Source: a virus
Direction: 5' to 3' (one strand)
DNA: 64,000 nucleotides
Virus record (IMG/VR): IMGVR_UViG_3300044714_000074
Span: 1-64,000 of that record
A model generated the notes under the pieces. That model was not told where the DNA came from. It searched no databases and worked only from the letters and a program-made list of their open reading frames with translations. This document shows positions 62,710-64,000 of the stretch, piece after piece; positions within the stretch are counted from its first letter, which is position 1, and the number at the start of each line of letters is the position of its first letter. Made by a program: the position numbers and the translations under genes.

Positions 62710-64000
62710 AAGCCGTCGTTATTTCCAAGAGCGATTATAGCCGCGTAAAGTGCGCAGTCTAAAAGATCATCTTCGCGTTTGGCTGCTTCCTTGTCGCCGA
62801 TTCGGAAGCCAACCAACTGGCCGAGCAAATGATTACGAGCCGTTTCTTTATAGGTTGTGGTCTTGTCGTAGGCTGGCCGGGCCATCTTAACCATTCCGCG
62901 GTAAAAATAGCCACTCACAGACAATGCCCGCTCATCCTTGCCCATGGCGGTCAGCTTCGATTCGATGGCATGCGCCGGCCAGCCGCGTCGAATAGATTGC
63001 TGGATCAAGACCATGCCGGAGTTCTTGTCCTCGATAAAAGCCCCTAGCGAACCCGTGCGCGCCTTGCAGGTGCGCGCCAGATGCTCGAGATGTTGGAAGA
63101 CGGTCGGCAGCCAGGTCTCGAGCAGCGCGCCTTCGATCTGGCGGATGTCCCAATCGAGGATGACGAGGTTGTGGGCTGGACCGACTGTGCCATCGGCGTT
63201 CACCGGCCGGATCGGATTGCGGACCACGGCGCAATAGATGACCGCGGTCCCGTCGTGCTCTTTGCCGGTCTTCGTGGCGGTGTCGATGACTGCGAAGACA
63301 CCTTCGCATCGAACAGGCAACTCCAATGGCTCACCATTGACCAGCAAGCTATCCCGAGTGAAAAAAGCGGCCCCTGAAAAATCGACGAAGTCAGCAAGGA
63401 ACTCCTGCTGATAAACCAGTGGCGGCGTGTTTTTCAGGAGATCGACGAAATAGGCTTCGCGCCTGAGCTGCCATTGTTCCAGAGTTTCGCCGGCGTTGCG
63501 CAGCGGGATCAGTGGATTGCTCATCGTCGGCGCGTGAAAATCAATGAAGCCGAACCGCGATATTTTTTCCCCTCGATCCTCATAGGGACAGATCGCGCGC
63601 ATCGGATTGTCGGGCTCGATGCCGTTCGTGTTCGACATAATGATCGCGGAGCCATCGTAATCCAACAGCGTGGGTTCGATCGAGCGCTGCCAAGTATCAA
63701 TGGCCTGCGGCTTTGCGAAGCCGAACTCGTCGATGATCACTCGGTGATACTTGCGTGACCGCCCGGCGTTCTCGTCCTCCAGTGACCAGAACTCGACCTT
63801 CCCGCCGGTGATCGATTCGATGATGCCTTCGGTTTTCGAGGACCGCTTCTTTGCCGCCTCGATCTGCTCGGCGATGACGTTGTAGGATTCGGAGAGCCGT
63901 TTGTGCTCCGGCGCGAACCAGCCGACCAGGCGCCCCTTGCAGGCGTCGGAGACCGCGATCGATTCGCCGAAAACGTTCTTACCCCACCTTCTTCCGCAGC
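62706..64000 (-). CDS. terL: terminase large subunit (5' end outside the window)
   Basis: Frame open to the window edge: CGRRWGKN (Walker A), GRSRKYHRVIIDE (Walker B), IDTA...HD..A, IEDKNSG and DDLLD nuclease motifs. Confidence 0.92.
   Translation of the reverse strand, partial: CGRRWGKNVFGESIAVSDACKGRLVGWFAPEHKRLSESYNVIAEQIEAAKKRSSKTEGIIESITGGKVEFWSLEDENAGRSRKYHRVIIDEFGFAKPQAIDTWQRSIEPTLLDYDGSAIIMSNTNGIEPDNPMRAICPYEDRGEKISRFGFIDFHAPTMSNPLIPLRNAGETLEQWQLRREAYFVDLLKNTPPLVYQQEFLADFVDFSGAAFFTRDSLLVNGEPLELPVRCEGVFAVIDTATKTGKEHDGTAVIYCAVVRNPIRPVNADGTVGPAHNLVILDWDIRQIEGALLETWLPTVFQHLEHLARTCKARTGSLGAFIEDKNSGMVLIQQSIRRGWPAHAIESKLTAMGKDERALSVSGYFYRGMVKMARPAYDKTTTYKETARNHLLGQLVGFRIGDKEAAKREDDLLDCALYAAIIALGNNDGF

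Noticed and set aside
1-64000. CRISPR array, tRNA, reverse transcriptase/DGR/retron, integrase
   Set aside because: No spaced direct repeats, cloverleaf, RT motifs or recombinase motifs were found by eye; short or divergent cases could have been missed

Overview
The window is almost entirely one GC-rich tailed-phage genome (or prophage) with a contractile, myovirus-type tail. An alphaproteobacterial host (Rhizobiales/Bradyrhizobium-like) is inferred from an AADMPTKAP-type porin, a GapR-like protein and a suhB/MmgR-like sRNA. Layout: (i) 1-1623, minus strand, cro-like, GapR-like, RusA and a truncated ParB-like gene; (ii) 1731-13588, plus strand early operon with ERF recombinase, YqaJ exonuclease, a TOPRIM protein, a HerA-like ATPase, an HNH-like protein, a frameshifted DnaA-C homologue, DUF5131 and a DHH phosphoesterase; (iii) 13901-64000, minus strand late operon running terminase (cut by the window edge), portal, minor head, NUDIX-DUF2213 protease/scaffold, decoration, capsid, neck, sheath, tube, chaperone with a -1 frameshift, tape measure, baseplate, fibres and lysis. 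No integrase, cI repressor, tRNA or CRISPR was seen. Two features stand out. First, several tail-fibre/adhesin-like and glycosidase-like late proteins carry Sec or Tat export signals, most with paired cysteines. Second, two enzyme cassettes inserted among the head and tail genes contain three paralogues of a GT-A-like family plus SAM methyltransferases, a sugar reductase/epimerase, a C5 DNA methyltransferase and a second DUF5131. All family assignments come from motif recognition by eye, not from database searches.
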